Source: an uncultured Alphaproteobacteria bacterium (GTDB lineage Bacteria; Pseudomonadota; Alphaproteobacteria; Rhizobiales; Hyphomicrobiaceae). Taken from it: DNA of 64,000 nt. Location: the NCBI GenBank assembly GCA_963797005.1, contig CAWCOF010000012.1, forward strand, positions 1,863 through 65,862. The letters run 5' to 3'. A program made the translations under genes and the position numbers. The notes beneath the pieces are model-generated. The model was not told the DNA's origin and searched no databases. It saw only the letters and a list, made by a program, of their open reading frames with translations. Shown here piece after piece: positions 31,943-41,448 of the stretch (its first letter is position 1; the number at the start of each line of letters is the position of its first letter).

Positions 31943-33706
31943 CTACCTCAGCCGCGCCAGCGTCTCGTCGATGAGCGTCGTCGCGTCGCCGAGCACATCG
32001 GCGACCCGGTTGCGATCCCGCACGAGCTGCGTCTCCAGCATCCAGCGCTCCTCTCCGTCGGCAAGCTTGGCGAGACGCTGGGCGTCGTAGAGCGACGGGA
32101 TCATGGTGCCCTGAGGGGTGTAGCCGTAAGGATCGTGGCCGTAGGTGCCCTTCGCGGTGCTGGCGAGCGGCACGAGCGAGCGCGACAGCCGCTTCATGCA
32201 CGCATTGAGGATTTCGGCTGCGGCCTCGTCGGTCTTGGGTTCCTTGGCATAGCGCGTACGCCAGGCGCCCGCGGCCTCGTCGAGGCGAACCGCCGCGGCG
32301 CGGAACAGGCGCGCGCGCTCGGCCGCATGCCCGAGATTGATGCTGTCGGTCGCCGGCTTCAGTTGATCGAGGCGCTCGATGAACTGGTCGGCGACGCTGA
32401 CGAACTCGAACGGAAGCACCACGGCCGTGCACAGCTCCCACAGGTAGCCGGCATAGACGCGCAGGTGATCCGCCATGTAGGTGAAGTCGAGCTTGTCCAT
32501 CGTGTTCTCGATGGAGTGATGCCACCAGCCGAGATTGGCGAGCGCCGTCTTCTTCAGCTCGTCCTCGGTAAAGGCGCCTTGGGCGGCGAGCATCGGCACA
32601 CCCAATCCGAAGAAGGAGGCATCGCCGTTCTTGACCGCCCGCCGCCACGCCGCCGGCCGCTGGCCGAGAACCCGCTTCTCGACCGCCTGATGGAAGCGCT
32701 TCAGCTCGACGTTGGAGGCGGAGCTCCACCGCGTCGTGCCGGCGCAGGCCGGCTGGTCGATCTGCAGATAGGCGACCGCATGCTCGCGAAGGCGATCCCA
32801 GTTGCGCTCCACGTACCAGGACGAGCCGACCATCGTGCCCGTCTCGTGGCCGGTCCAGAAACCGCACACGAGGCCGCGCCGGAGCTTGTCGCGATGCCGA
32901 TTGAAGACGCGTGCCAGCTCCATGATGCAGGCGTTGCCGGCGGCATTGTCGGTTGCCTGCGGCCCCGGCCAGGAATCCTGGTGGCCGCCAACCACGACGA
33001 AATCGTCGGTCCGGCCCTTCACCTCGCCGATGGTGATCTGGACCGGACGCCAGCCGTTCTCGACGTTGGCGCGCAGCCACACGCGCACGGGACCCGACTT
33101 CAACATCTCGCGCAGCTTGAGGCCTGCCGTGCGCGCGATGCCGATGCAGGGCAGCGTCGCCATCTCCGTCTTGTAGGTGTCCGGCGTCGGATTGCCCCAG
33201 ACCGGCTTCACCGAACCGAACGGGACCGCGGTGTTCTCCGGGTGGCCCCAGTTCATCATTACGCAGCCTATTGCTCCGCGCAGACCAGCTATGCGCTGTT
33301 TCTCGTGGCGCGCGGGATGGTAGGAAAGCTCCGACATCGTGAGCTTGCCGGTCGCGTCGCGGCCGTCGTAGTCGTGGAAGGCGCCGGAGGCGACATCCAT
33401 CAGCTCACCGGAGATGCCGTCGGCAAGCGTCGGCACGCTGTGGCCCAGCGTGTTCGCCTCGATCGCCAGCTCGATCGGCGCAAGCACCCGGAGCTCGGCT
33501 TTTTCCGGAAAGCTGACGAGCCCTGGCATTTCAACGACGTCGGCGGGAATGCCCTCCTTGACGAGGGCGGCACAGCTATACTCCGCCATCCGCTTGGCGT
33601 TCGGCGAGCCCGCGAGGCGCGAGGGAATCTCGGTGGTGATATGGGAGATGTGCGCCTTGACGTTGTCCGCCGAGACCTCCTGGACGACCGCTGGGCTATC
33701 CGACAT
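31943..33706 (-). CDS. M28-family metallopeptidase with PA-like insert and long C-terminal helical domain
   Basis: Intact 587-aa ORF with RBS GAGGTGG. Zn-ligand-type motifs are VVVGGHQDSW..GPQATDNAAGNACIMELARVF and FWTGHETGTMVGSSWY. No signal peptide is evident. Confidence 0.7.
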   Translation of the reverse strand: MSDSPAVVQEVSADNVKAHISHITTEIPSRLAGSPNAKRMAEYSCAALVKEGIPADVVEMPGLVSFPEKAELRVLAPIELAIEANTLGHSVPTLADGISGELMDVASGAFHDYDGRDATGKLTMSELSYHPARHEKQRIAGLRGAIGCVMMNWGHPENTAVPFGSVKPVWGNPTPDTYKTEMATLPCIGIARTAGLKLREMLKSGPVRVWLRANVENGWRPVQITIGEVKGRTDDFVVVGGHQDSWPGPQATDNAAGNACIMELARVFNRHRDKLRRGLVCGFWTGHETGTMVGSSWYVERNWDRLREHAVAYLQIDQPACAGTTRWSSASNVELKRFHQAVEKRVLGQRPAAWRRAVKNGDASFFGLGVPMLAAQGAFTEDELKKTALANLGWWHHSIENTMDKLDFTYMADHLRVYAGYLWELCTAVVLPFEFVSVADQFIERLDQLKPATDSINLGHAAERARLFRAAAVRLDEAAGAWRTRYAKEPKTDEAAAEILNACMKRLSRSLVPLASTAKGTYGHDPYGYTPQGTMIPSLYDAQRLAKLADGEERWMLETQLVRDRNRVADVLGDATTLIDETLARLR

Positions 33707-33846
33707 AGAGCCACCTCGCTGCCTGCATACCGCGCGGCAAATTGGCGCCCACTACCGCTTGCGAGTCAAGGCGACACAGCGCTTTAGTTCGGGGTCGCGA
33801 AAGGTATCGCGGAGCGAAATGCGAGCCGGCTCGGGGCGCATGCACG

Positions 33847-35643
33847 ATGGACGGGCGAATGGCTGAGAAAGCGAGCAGCGACCGCTGCGATCCGATCACC
33901 CTGGAGATCGTCCGAGGGGCGCTCAGAGCCGTGCAGAGCGAGATGGAGGCCCTGATCGAGCGCACGGCCATGTCGCCTTTCATTCGCGAGAAAAAGGACT
34001 TCTACGCCGCGCTGTTCGATGCCCGCGGCCAGCTCGTGGTCGGCTCCAGCCTGCCCGTCTTCGGCGATGTCGTCGGACCGGTGTCGAAGGTCTATCCCCT
34101 CGACACCATGCAGCCCGGCGACATCTACTGGTTCAACGACTGCTACGCCTCCGCCGGAGCCGTATCACATTCTCCCGATCAGGTATTCCTGGCTCCCGTC
34201 TTCGCCGACGGCGTGCTGAGCGCGTTCACCCAATCATGGGCGCATTTCAACGACATCGGCGGGATGCGGCCGGGGTCTTTGTCGCCCGATTGCACAGACA
34301 TTTTCCAGGAGGGCATAATTATCCCGCCGGTCCGCGTCGCGCGCGGCGGCGTCGTGGCGGAGGAATTGCTGCGCGTCTTCTTCCGCAACTCGCGCTTTCC
34401 GGAAATGGTCAAGGGCGACACGCGCGCGTCGATGGCGGCGATCCGTCTCGGCGAGAGACGGCTGAGCGAGCTCTTCGAGCGCTTCGGCCGCGCGCGCACC
34501 TGCGATGCCTTCGACCAGCTCATGGCCGAGACCGAGGCGGCGCTGCGCGGAAAATTGAGGGAACTGCTGCCGCAAGGCACGCATCGGTTCACGGACCGCA
34601 TCGACGGCGACGGCCAGGGCTCGGGCACGGTCCGTTTGCGCTACCGCCTCGACGTGACGGCGGATCGCATCACGCTCGACACCACCGAGAGCGACGACCA
34701 GGTCAAGGGGCCGGTCAATTTCCTGATGAGCCCGCCGGTGCCGGCGATGGTGTTCGGCTCGTATCTGCTGGAGGAGAACGCGCACGCGATCCTCAACGCC
34801 GGCGCGGAGCGCGCCATCGACGAGGTGAAGATCAGGCCGGGCTCGGTGCTGCAGCCGGAATTTCCAGCGCCTCTCGGCATGCGCGGCGTCACCATGATGC
34901 GCAACATGGCGGGCTGCCTCGGGCTGCTCAACGTCGCGACCGGCGGCAAGGCGATGGCGGCGCATAGCGCCTACGTCATCTGGTACATTCGCGGCAAAGG
35001 GCCGGACGGGAAGCTGTTCCTGCTGTCGGACGGGCTCGGCGTCGGCTATGGCGGGCGACCGCACGCCGACGGCAACGACGCGGTCTATCTCGTCGCGCAG
35101 GAAAACTTTCCGTCCGAATTTCTCGACGCCGTGTTTCCGGTTCGCGTCCTGCGCTACGGCATCAATCCGGACAGCGGCGGGCCCGGCCGCTGGCGCGGCG
35201 GATGCGGCCTCATTCGCGAGATCGAAGTGCTGGCGCCCGAGGCCATGGTGTCGATGCGCATCGACTGCGTGGAGAACCCGCCCTGGGGCGTGGCCGGCGG
35301 CATGGCGGCCGGCAGCGGGCGCTGCGTGGTCAATCCGGGCCGCGCCGACGAGCGGACGATCGCGCCGCTGAGCGACGGCAACATCGTCAAGAAGGGCGAC
35401 GTGGTGCGCATCGAGACGGGCGGCGGCGGAGGCTGGGGCCACCCCTTCGATCGAGAACCCGCGCGCGTGCTGAGCGACGTCATGGCGGGCTTCGTCTCGC
35501 CGGAGCGCGCCGAGGCCGATTATGGCGTCGTCATCGCCGCTGACGGCCGCGCCATCGACCAAGATGCGACCGCGGCCCGCCGCGCCAAGCGCCCGCCCGC
35601 CGCGCTGTTCCATCGCCACACCTACCAGGAGGCGCTCGATTGA
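33847..35643 (+). CDS. hyuB: Hydantoinase B/oxoprolinase-family subunit (copy 2), intact
   Basis: From ATG 33847 (or 33859): CDPITLEIVRGALRAVQSEMEALIERTAMSPFIREKKDFYAALFDARGQLV...DIYWFNDCYASAGAVSHSPDQVFLAPVF...ETGGGGGWGHPFDREPARVLSDVMAGFVSPERAEADYGV. Confidence 0.85.
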   Translation: MDGRMAEKASSDRCDPITLEIVRGALRAVQSEMEALIERTAMSPFIREKKDFYAALFDARGQLVVGSSLPVFGDVVGPVSKVYPLDTMQPGDIYWFNDCYASAGAVSHSPDQVFLAPVFADGVLSAFTQSWAHFNDIGGMRPGSLSPDCTDIFQEGIIIPPVRVARGGVVAEELLRVFFRNSRFPEMVKGDTRASMAAIRLGERRLSELFERFGRARTCDAFDQLMAETEAALRGKLRELLPQGTHRFTDRIDGDGQGSGTVRLRYRLDVTADRITLDTTESDDQVKGPVNFLMSPPVPAMVFGSYLLEENAHAILNAGAERAIDEVKIRPGSVLQPEFPAPLGMRGVTMMRNMAGCLGLLNVATGGKAMAAHSAYVIWYIRGKGPDGKLFLLSDGLGVGYGGRPHADGNDAVYLVAQENFPSEFLDAVFPVRVLRYGINPDSGGPGRWRGGCGLIREIEVLAPEAMVSMRIDCVENPPWGVAGGMAAGSGRCVVNPGRADERTIAPLSDGNIVKKGDVVRIETGGGGGWGHPFDREPARVLSDVMAGFVSPERAEADYGVVIAADGRAIDQDATAARRAKRPPAALFHRHTYQEALD

Positions 35644-37716
35644 CCGGCCCCACAGCACAACCGCCGGCTCCCAGCGCCATCGTCGGTGTGGATACCGGCG
35701 GCACCTTCACGGACGTCACCCTGCTCGATACGGCCACGGGCCGGTTGTGGAACGCGAAGACGCCATCGACGCCCGACGATCCTTCGCGCGGCTTCGGCGA
35801 CGGCATCCAGGAGGTCCTGGCCGCGGCCGGGCGCACGGCCCAGGACATTGCCCGCGTGCTGCACGGCACGACCGTGGCGACCAATCTGATCCTCGAGGGC
35901 AAGGGCGCCCGCGCCGGCCTGCTGACCACGGCCGGTTTCAAGTACGTGCTGGAGATCGGCCGGCAGGACGTGCCGCGGCGGGCCAACCTGTTTTCGTGGG
36001 TGAAGCCGAAACGCCCGGTGTTCGCCGGCCACATTCACGAGATCGCCGGCCGGATCGGGCCGGACGGCTCCGAGATCGCCCCGCTCGACGAGGCAGCGGT
36101 GAGGGCGGCGGCGCAACGCATCGCCGCCGATGGCCTCGATGCCGTCGCCATCGTCTTCCTGCACAGCTACGCCAACCCCGCCCACGAGCGGCGCGCGGCC
36201 GAGATCGTGCGCGAGCTGCTCCCCGAGATTCCGATCTCCATCTCGAGCGACGTGCTGCCCGTGTTCCGCGAGTACGAGCGCAGCATGACGACCATCCTCA
36301 ATGTGCACGTGATGCCGGTCGTCTCGCGCTACGTGGAGCGGCTCGACGAGCGGCTCGTCGAGCAGGGCATTCGAGCGCCGCTGCTGCTCATGAAATCCGG
36401 CGGCGGCGTTGCGAGCGCCCGCGACATCAAGCGCGTGCCGGTCGAGACGGCGCTGTCGGGGCCGGCCGCGGGAGCCGTGGGTGCGGCCTACGTCGGACGC
36501 AGCGCCGGCATCGACAACCTGATCGGCATCGACATCGGCGGCACCTCGGCCGACATCAGCCTGATCGTCGACGGCGATCCGGGCATCACGACTCGCGGGC
36601 ATGTCGGCGAATGGCCGGTTGGGTCTGGCCATGGTCGACATCGTGACCATCGGCGCCGGCGGCGGATCGATCGCGCGTGTCACGGAAACCGGCGCGCTCG
36701 CCGTGGGCCCCATGAGTGCCGGCGCGCTGCCTGGACCCGTGTGCTACGGGCGCGGCGGCACGGCGCCGACGGTAACGGACGCGCATCTGGCGCTCGGGCA
36801 TCTGCCGCCCTACCTGCTCGGCGGGAGCTTCAGGCTGGACGTCGAAAGCGCGCGCCGCGCTATCGAGACGGAGCTCGCTCGCCCGCTCGGCCTCAGCCTG
36901 GAGGACGCGGCCCGGGGTGTCCTGGCCATCGTCGACAACCACATGGTGGGCGCCATGCGGATCGTCTCGGTGGAACGGGGGCGGGACCCGCGCGACTTTG
37001 CGCTCTTGCCGTTCGGCGGGGCCGGACCGCTGCACGCCAGCGCGCTTGCCAGGCTGATCGGGGCGAAGACCATCCTCGTTCCGCCGAGCCCCGGCATACT
37101 GTCCGCGCTGGGGCTGCTGGTCTCCAACCTCAAGGCCGAGTTCGCCCGCACCTGCTTCCAGCGCGCGGGGTCGATCGATGTCGAGCGGGTGGCGAGCGTG
37201 CTCGGCGAGCTCACCGCGAGCGCCAACCGCTGGCTCGAGGAGGAGGGCGTTCCGCCCGATGCGCGGCGCATTAGCTGGCTGGCGAGCATGCGCTATGAGA
37301 ACCAGGGCTTCGAGCTGTCGATCCCCTGGGCAGGCTCCGTCGTCGACGCACCGGCCATCGATCGCCTGATCGAGGCGTTTCATGCCCGCCATGAGCAGCT
37401 CTACACGTTCGCCCAAAAGGATACGCCGGTCGAGATCGTCACCTTGCGCGTCGACGCCCGCGGCGTGTTCCCCGCGCCGCAGCTCGTCAGGTTGCCGGAA
37501 GCCGGCAAACTGGAGGACGCGCGGATCGGGATGCAGCGCGTGCACCTTGCCGCGGGGCCGGTCGATTGCCCGATCATCGACCGCGCCAAGCTCGGCGCCA
37601 ACGCCGTGATCGAGGGCCCCGCGATCATTGCCCAGCTCGATGCAACGACGCTGCTGCTACCAAGCGATGTCGCCACGGTCGACGCTTTCGGCAATATCCT
37701 CGTGCAGATGGATTGA
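35640..37716 (+). pseudogene. hyuA: Hydantoinase A/oxoprolinase-family subunit (copy 2), 1 frameshift as assembled
   Basis: The TTG at 35640 overlaps the hyuB stop (TTGA) and is preceded by AGGAGG. The N-terminal part reads IVGVDTGGTFTDVTLLD...HGTTVATNLILEGKGARAGLLTTAGFKYVLEIGRQ...IGIDIGGTSADISLIVDG. The frame changes at ~36615 (HVGEWP / GLAMVDIVTIGAGGGSIARV...), and the stop is at 37716. Confidence 0.85.
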
Positions 37717-37745
37717 GCGTCGGCGGCGGGTTGACGGTTATTCCG

Positions 37746-38742
37746 TCAGGCCGCTCCAGGCTCGACGACGACGTTGCCGACGGTCGCCCCCGCCTCCACG
37801 CACTCATGCGCCGCGGCGATCTCGCGCAAGGGAAACCGCTCAGCGATGCGCGGGCGCAGCATACCGCGCTCCAGAAGCGCCACGATGGTGCGCGCGCCTG
37901 CCTCGCGGATTGTGCGCGGCATGTTCATGCCCTGCACGAAGTGGAGGCGCACACCCTTGAGTCCGAAGGCGTAGTAGGGCAGCACCGGCTCGCGCACGCG
38001 GGTGGAGGAGTAGGACGCGACCGTGCCGTTCTCGGCGATCACGGCGCCATCAACGGTGACGTTGGCGCCGAAGTCGACCTCGACAATGCGCTCGACGCCT
38101 GACCCGCCCGTGATCTCCATGACGCGGGCGGCCACATCCTCGCGGGCGTAGTCGATAGTGTGGTCGGCACCGGCCGCACGTGCGATTGCGGCCTTGTCTG
38201 CCGAGCTTACCGTGGCGATGACCTTGGCCCCGCTCCAGCGCGCGAGCTCAACCGCCACGATGCCGACGGCGCCCGCGCCGCCCTGCACCAGCACCCACTG
38301 TCCGGACACCGGACCGTCGGCCAGACGTGGCGTGATAGGCCGTGAACGCCGGCACGCCGAGGCAGGCGCCCTCCGCGAACGTCACGCCATCCGGCAGGTG
38401 GACGGCATTGGCTTGCGGCACGATCACGTACTCGGCCGCCGTTCCCTCCCCCGGCCGCGCCGAGCCGGCGCGGTAGACGAACACGCGCTCGCCCTCGGCG
38501 AGGCCGCGGACGCCGGCGCCCAGCCGCTCGATCGTGCCCGCGCCGTCGCTGTGCGGGATCACGCGCGGGGCATACATGCGCGGCCCGAGCCAGCCCGAGC
38601 GACGCTTGGTATCGTGAGGGTTCACACCGGAGGCTTCCAGTCGAACCAGCACCTCGCCGTGGCCGGGTTGCGGCGTGGGCAGCTCCCCCACGGTCAGGAC
38701 CTCGCGCGCCGGCCCCATGCGCTCATACCAGGCAGCGTGCAT
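37746..38742 (-). pseudogene. NADPH:quinone oxidoreductase / zinc-type alcohol dehydrogenase superfamily, 1 frameshift as assembled
   Basis: The ATG at 38742 follows GGGAGAGACG: MHAAWYERMGPAREVLTVGELPTPQPGHGEVLVRLEASGVNPHDTK...GVPAFTAYHAT. The shift is at ~38330, after which the sequence reads LADGPVSGQWVLVQGGAGAVGIVAVELARWSGAKVIATV... Confidence 0.8.
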
Positions 38743-38964
38743 CGTCTCTCCCGCGGCAACAGCCAATGGAACTCGTCCGCGCCAACTATAGGATACGGGA
38801 TCAGCGGGCGCCTACAGGTGCGGCCGCGAACGTGATGTGCACCCAATGGGCGGCTTGCATAGGAGGCGCGCGACCGCAGCCGGCATGGACAAATGCTAAA
38901 CGTTTGCAGGCGATTGCAGTAGAATGCGCCACTGTCGAGGCTGCAGCCCCGTGAGGATCACGCG

Positions 38965-39783
38965 ATGCCAGCTCCCGTCCGCCTCGTGCGCCGCACAGCA
39001 TGGCGCGGCGACTCCCGGGCAGAGGGGCACCGCTCCGTGCCGGAGGAGCTGGCGGTCGCCCTTACCTACAACGGCACGTCGCATGCGGTGATGATGGCGA
39101 CCCCGGCGGACCTGGAAGACTTCGCCACCGGCTTCAGCCTCACCGAGTCCCTGGTCGAGCGCCTCGAGGAGATCGAAAGCATCGAGATGCTCGAGCTCGA
39201 CGACGGCATCGAGCTGCGCCTGTGGGTCACGGAAGAGCGCATGCAGCATATCCGCGAGCGGCACCGGCGCCTGACCGGGCCCACGGGCTGCGGGCTGTGC
39301 GGGGTCGAAAGCCTTGCCGACGCCCTTCCCACGCCACGCCAGGTAACAGGCGATCTCCGGCTCGAGCCGGCGACCATCATCGACGCCCTCGGCCAGGTCA
39401 CCTCCGCGCAGGCCCTGAACGATGCCACGCGTGCCGTGCACGCCGCCGGGTTCTGGCGCCCCGGTGACGGCCTGGTGGCCTTGCGCGAGGACGTGGGCCG
39501 GCACAATGCGCTCGACAAGCTCGTGGGCGCGCTGGCCCGGGCCGGCGAGGACGGCAGCAACGGCGCGCTGCTGATCAGCAGCCGCATATCGGTGGAGATG
39601 GTGCAGAAGGCGGCCGTGCTCGGCGCGCCCGTGATCGTGGCCGTGTCGGCGCCGACGGCGCTTGCCATCCGCACGGCCGAGAAGGCCGGCATCACGCTCG
39701 TGGGGATCGCGCGCACCGACGGCTTCGAGGTCTTCACGCACGGGCGCCGAATCCACCTGGACCCGACCCTTCAGGCGACGTGA
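38965..39783 (+). CDS. fdhD: Formate dehydrogenase accessory sulfurtransferase FdhD
   Basis: Intact 272-aa ORF with RBS GAGGA: ELAVALTYNGTSHAVMMATPADLEDFATGFSLTE...TGPTGCGLCGVESL...EDVGRHNALDKLVGAL...LISSRISVEMVQKAAVLGAPVIVAVSAPTALAI. Confidence 0.9.
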   Translation: MPAPVRLVRRTAWRGDSRAEGHRSVPEELAVALTYNGTSHAVMMATPADLEDFATGFSLTESLVERLEEIESIEMLELDDGIELRLWVTEERMQHIRERHRRLTGPTGCGLCGVESLADALPTPRQVTGDLRLEPATIIDALGQVTSAQALNDATRAVHAAGFWRPGDGLVALREDVGRHNALDKLVGALARAGEDGSNGALLISSRISVEMVQKAAVLGAPVIVAVSAPTALAIRTAEKAGITLVGIARTDGFEVFTHGRRIHLDPTLQAT

Positions 39784-39812
39784 GCGTCGCTGCGGGCTTC
39801 GGTAAAAAAAAC

Positions 39813-39935
39813 CTAGTGCCGGACGAACTTCGCCGAATAGACGTTCTCGGCGGAGCGGTCGAAGGCGCCGAGCACGACGGCCGCGCCAACCGAGATGATC
39901 GCGATCGCCGCCAGGCTGGCGAGAAAGGCCTTCAT
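39813..39935 (-). CDS. Candidate 40-aa hydrophobic small protein downstream of fdnI (not in ORF track)
   Basis: My translation is MKAFLASLAAIAIISVGAAVVLGAFDRSAENVYSAKFVRH*. The ATG at 39935 is preceded by AGGAGAAGACATCC. It lies 52 nt after the fdnI stop on the same strand and has one predicted TM or signal-like helix. No homology claim is possible here. Confidence 0.3.
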   Translation of the reverse strand: MKAFLASLAAIAIISVGAAVVLGAFDRSAENVYSAKFVRH

Positions 39936-39987
39936 GGATGTCTTCTCCTGATCACCTGTCGGACGTGCGCGATGCGATCGGACTTCA

Positions 39988-41124
39988 TCATTCCGCCGGT
40001 GCCGGTCCGCGCGACAAGCCCGCTGTCGATTGCCTTGCCTCCACCTCGTCGACCCAGAGCGGATGGTGCTCGCGCGCCCAATTCACATCGACCTCGCCGG
40101 TACCCATCGCATCGAAGGCGCCCTCCATGCCGAGCGTGCCGATGTAGATGTGGCCGAGGATCACGACGACCATGAACAGGCCCATCGCCGCATGCCAGAT
40201 GGTGGCGAGCTGCATCTCGTGGATCGGCGCGATATGCGTCGGCAGGTCGGTACCGACCATATTGAGAACGACGAAGGTCTTGGAGAACATCGCCATCTGG
40301 AACGGGAACAGCAGATCGAGGCCGGACAGCACCAGCGAGAACCCGCCGAGGATCACTAGCCAGAACAGGATCTTCTGGCCCGCGTTGAATTTCCGTGCAG
40401 GCGGATGCGTACCCTTCGTGAACAGGCCGCCGCCCTGCAGCAGCCACCTGACGTCGTACTTGTTGGGGATGTTCTCGGCGATCCACAGGAGCAGCACGAG
40501 CACCAGGCCCACCACGAAGGCGAACGCCACGTAGTTGTGGAGGTACTTGCCCCACAAGCTCAGCGCCGCGAACGCCGGCTTGCCGATCACCGGCAGCACG
40601 ACGGTCTTGCCGAAGGTGATGTTGAGGCCCGTGAGCCCCAGGATGACGAACGACACCGCCAACAGCCAGTGCGCAAAGCGCTCGACGAAGTTGAAGCGCG
40701 TGATGGTGCGCCCGGCGAGGCCGTGCTCGACGCGGATGCGGCCGCGCAGAAAGAAGAAGATCGCGAGCAGGGCGACGATACCGCCGAGCATGTAGCTGCC
40801 ATAGCGCACGAGGGGGCCGTTGCGGATCTCGCGCCAGTGGTCGCCCTGGGATTGCACGAGTTGCGCCGCCTTCGCGTCGGGGATCGACACCCGCCCACGG
40901 ATGCCCTGGCGAACGGCGCGCCACATGTCGGCACCGCCATCCAGCCTGAGCTGGCTGTTGGGCACCGGGTTGGCGGGCGCGCGCTGGCCGGCGCTCGGCG
41001 CCGGCTGCTGCGCCAGCACGCCGTTCGGCGCCGCGAGGCCCCAAAGAACGCCCGCAAACGCGGCAGCCATGACGAGCGCTGCTGCGAACGTCAGTCTGGG
41101 CAGGCCTCGACGTTCCCGGCGCAT
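39988..41124 (-). CDS. fdnI: Formate dehydrogenase gamma subunit (cytochrome b556, FdnI-like) with ~120-aa N-terminal extension
   Basis: This is ORF 39988..41301 trimmed to ATG 41124, which follows AGGAGCTTGAGC. An N-terminal hydrophobic segment (LTFAAALVMAAAFAGVLWGLAAP) is followed by a soluble stretch. Then come four TM helices with conserved His residues (RFAHWLLAVSF..., YLHNYVAFAFV..., IHEMQLATIWHAAMGLFMVVVILGHIYIG). Confidence 0.8.
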   Translation of the reverse strand: MRRERRGLPRLTFAAALVMAAAFAGVLWGLAAPNGVLAQQPAPSAGQRAPANPVPNSQLRLDGGADMWRAVRQGIRGRVSIPDAKAAQLVQSQGDHWREIRNGPLVRYGSYMLGGIVALLAIFFFLRGRIRVEHGLAGRTITRFNFVERFAHWLLAVSFVILGLTGLNITFGKTVVLPVIGKPAFAALSLWGKYLHNYVAFAFVVGLVLVLLLWIAENIPNKYDVRWLLQGGGLFTKGTHPPARKFNAGQKILFWLVILGGFSLVLSGLDLLFPFQMAMFSKTFVVLNMVGTDLPTHIAPIHEMQLATIWHAAMGLFMVVVILGHIYIGTLGMEGAFDAMGTGEVDVNWAREHHPLWVDEVEARQSTAGLSRGPAPAE

Positions 41125-41134
41125 GCTCAAGCTC

Positions 41135-41326
41135 CTAGAAGGTCTGCAAGGCCCCGCGCGTGCGCAAGGCCTCGAGCTGCTGGTCCGATAGCCTGGGGGA
41201 CCGCTCGCCTTGGTAGGTGGCGTTCGGGCCGGCTTGTTGCTGGGTCTGTTGCTGCGGCTCACTGCAGGCCGCCAAGCCCACCACAAGAAGGCATGCGGCA
41301 ATGCGGAGGGTCGACGCCCCGATCAT
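41135..41326 (-). CDS. Small putative lipoprotein encoded between fdnH and fdnI
   Basis: The 63-aa ORF reads MIGASTLRIAACLLVVGLAAC|SEPQQQTQQQAGPNATYQGERSPRLSDQQLEALRTRGALQTF. It has a lipobox-like L-A-A-C. The ATG at 41326 is preceded by GGAG. Its TAG stop lies within the fdnI ribosome-binding region (cTAGGAGc), which suggests translational coupling. Confidence 0.4.
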   Translation of the reverse strand: MIGASTLRIAACLLVVGLAACSEPQQQTQQQAGPNATYQGERSPRLSDQQLEALRTRGALQTF

Positions 41327-41448
41327 GCAAGTACGCTCCTACGACCGCTCAAATCTGCCTGCCCCGGCTCGGGACTTGCGGAACCGTGTGGCAAAAGTCG
41401 AGCGGGAGCATGGGGGCAGGGATCGGCAGCACCCCTGCCCACGGGGGA

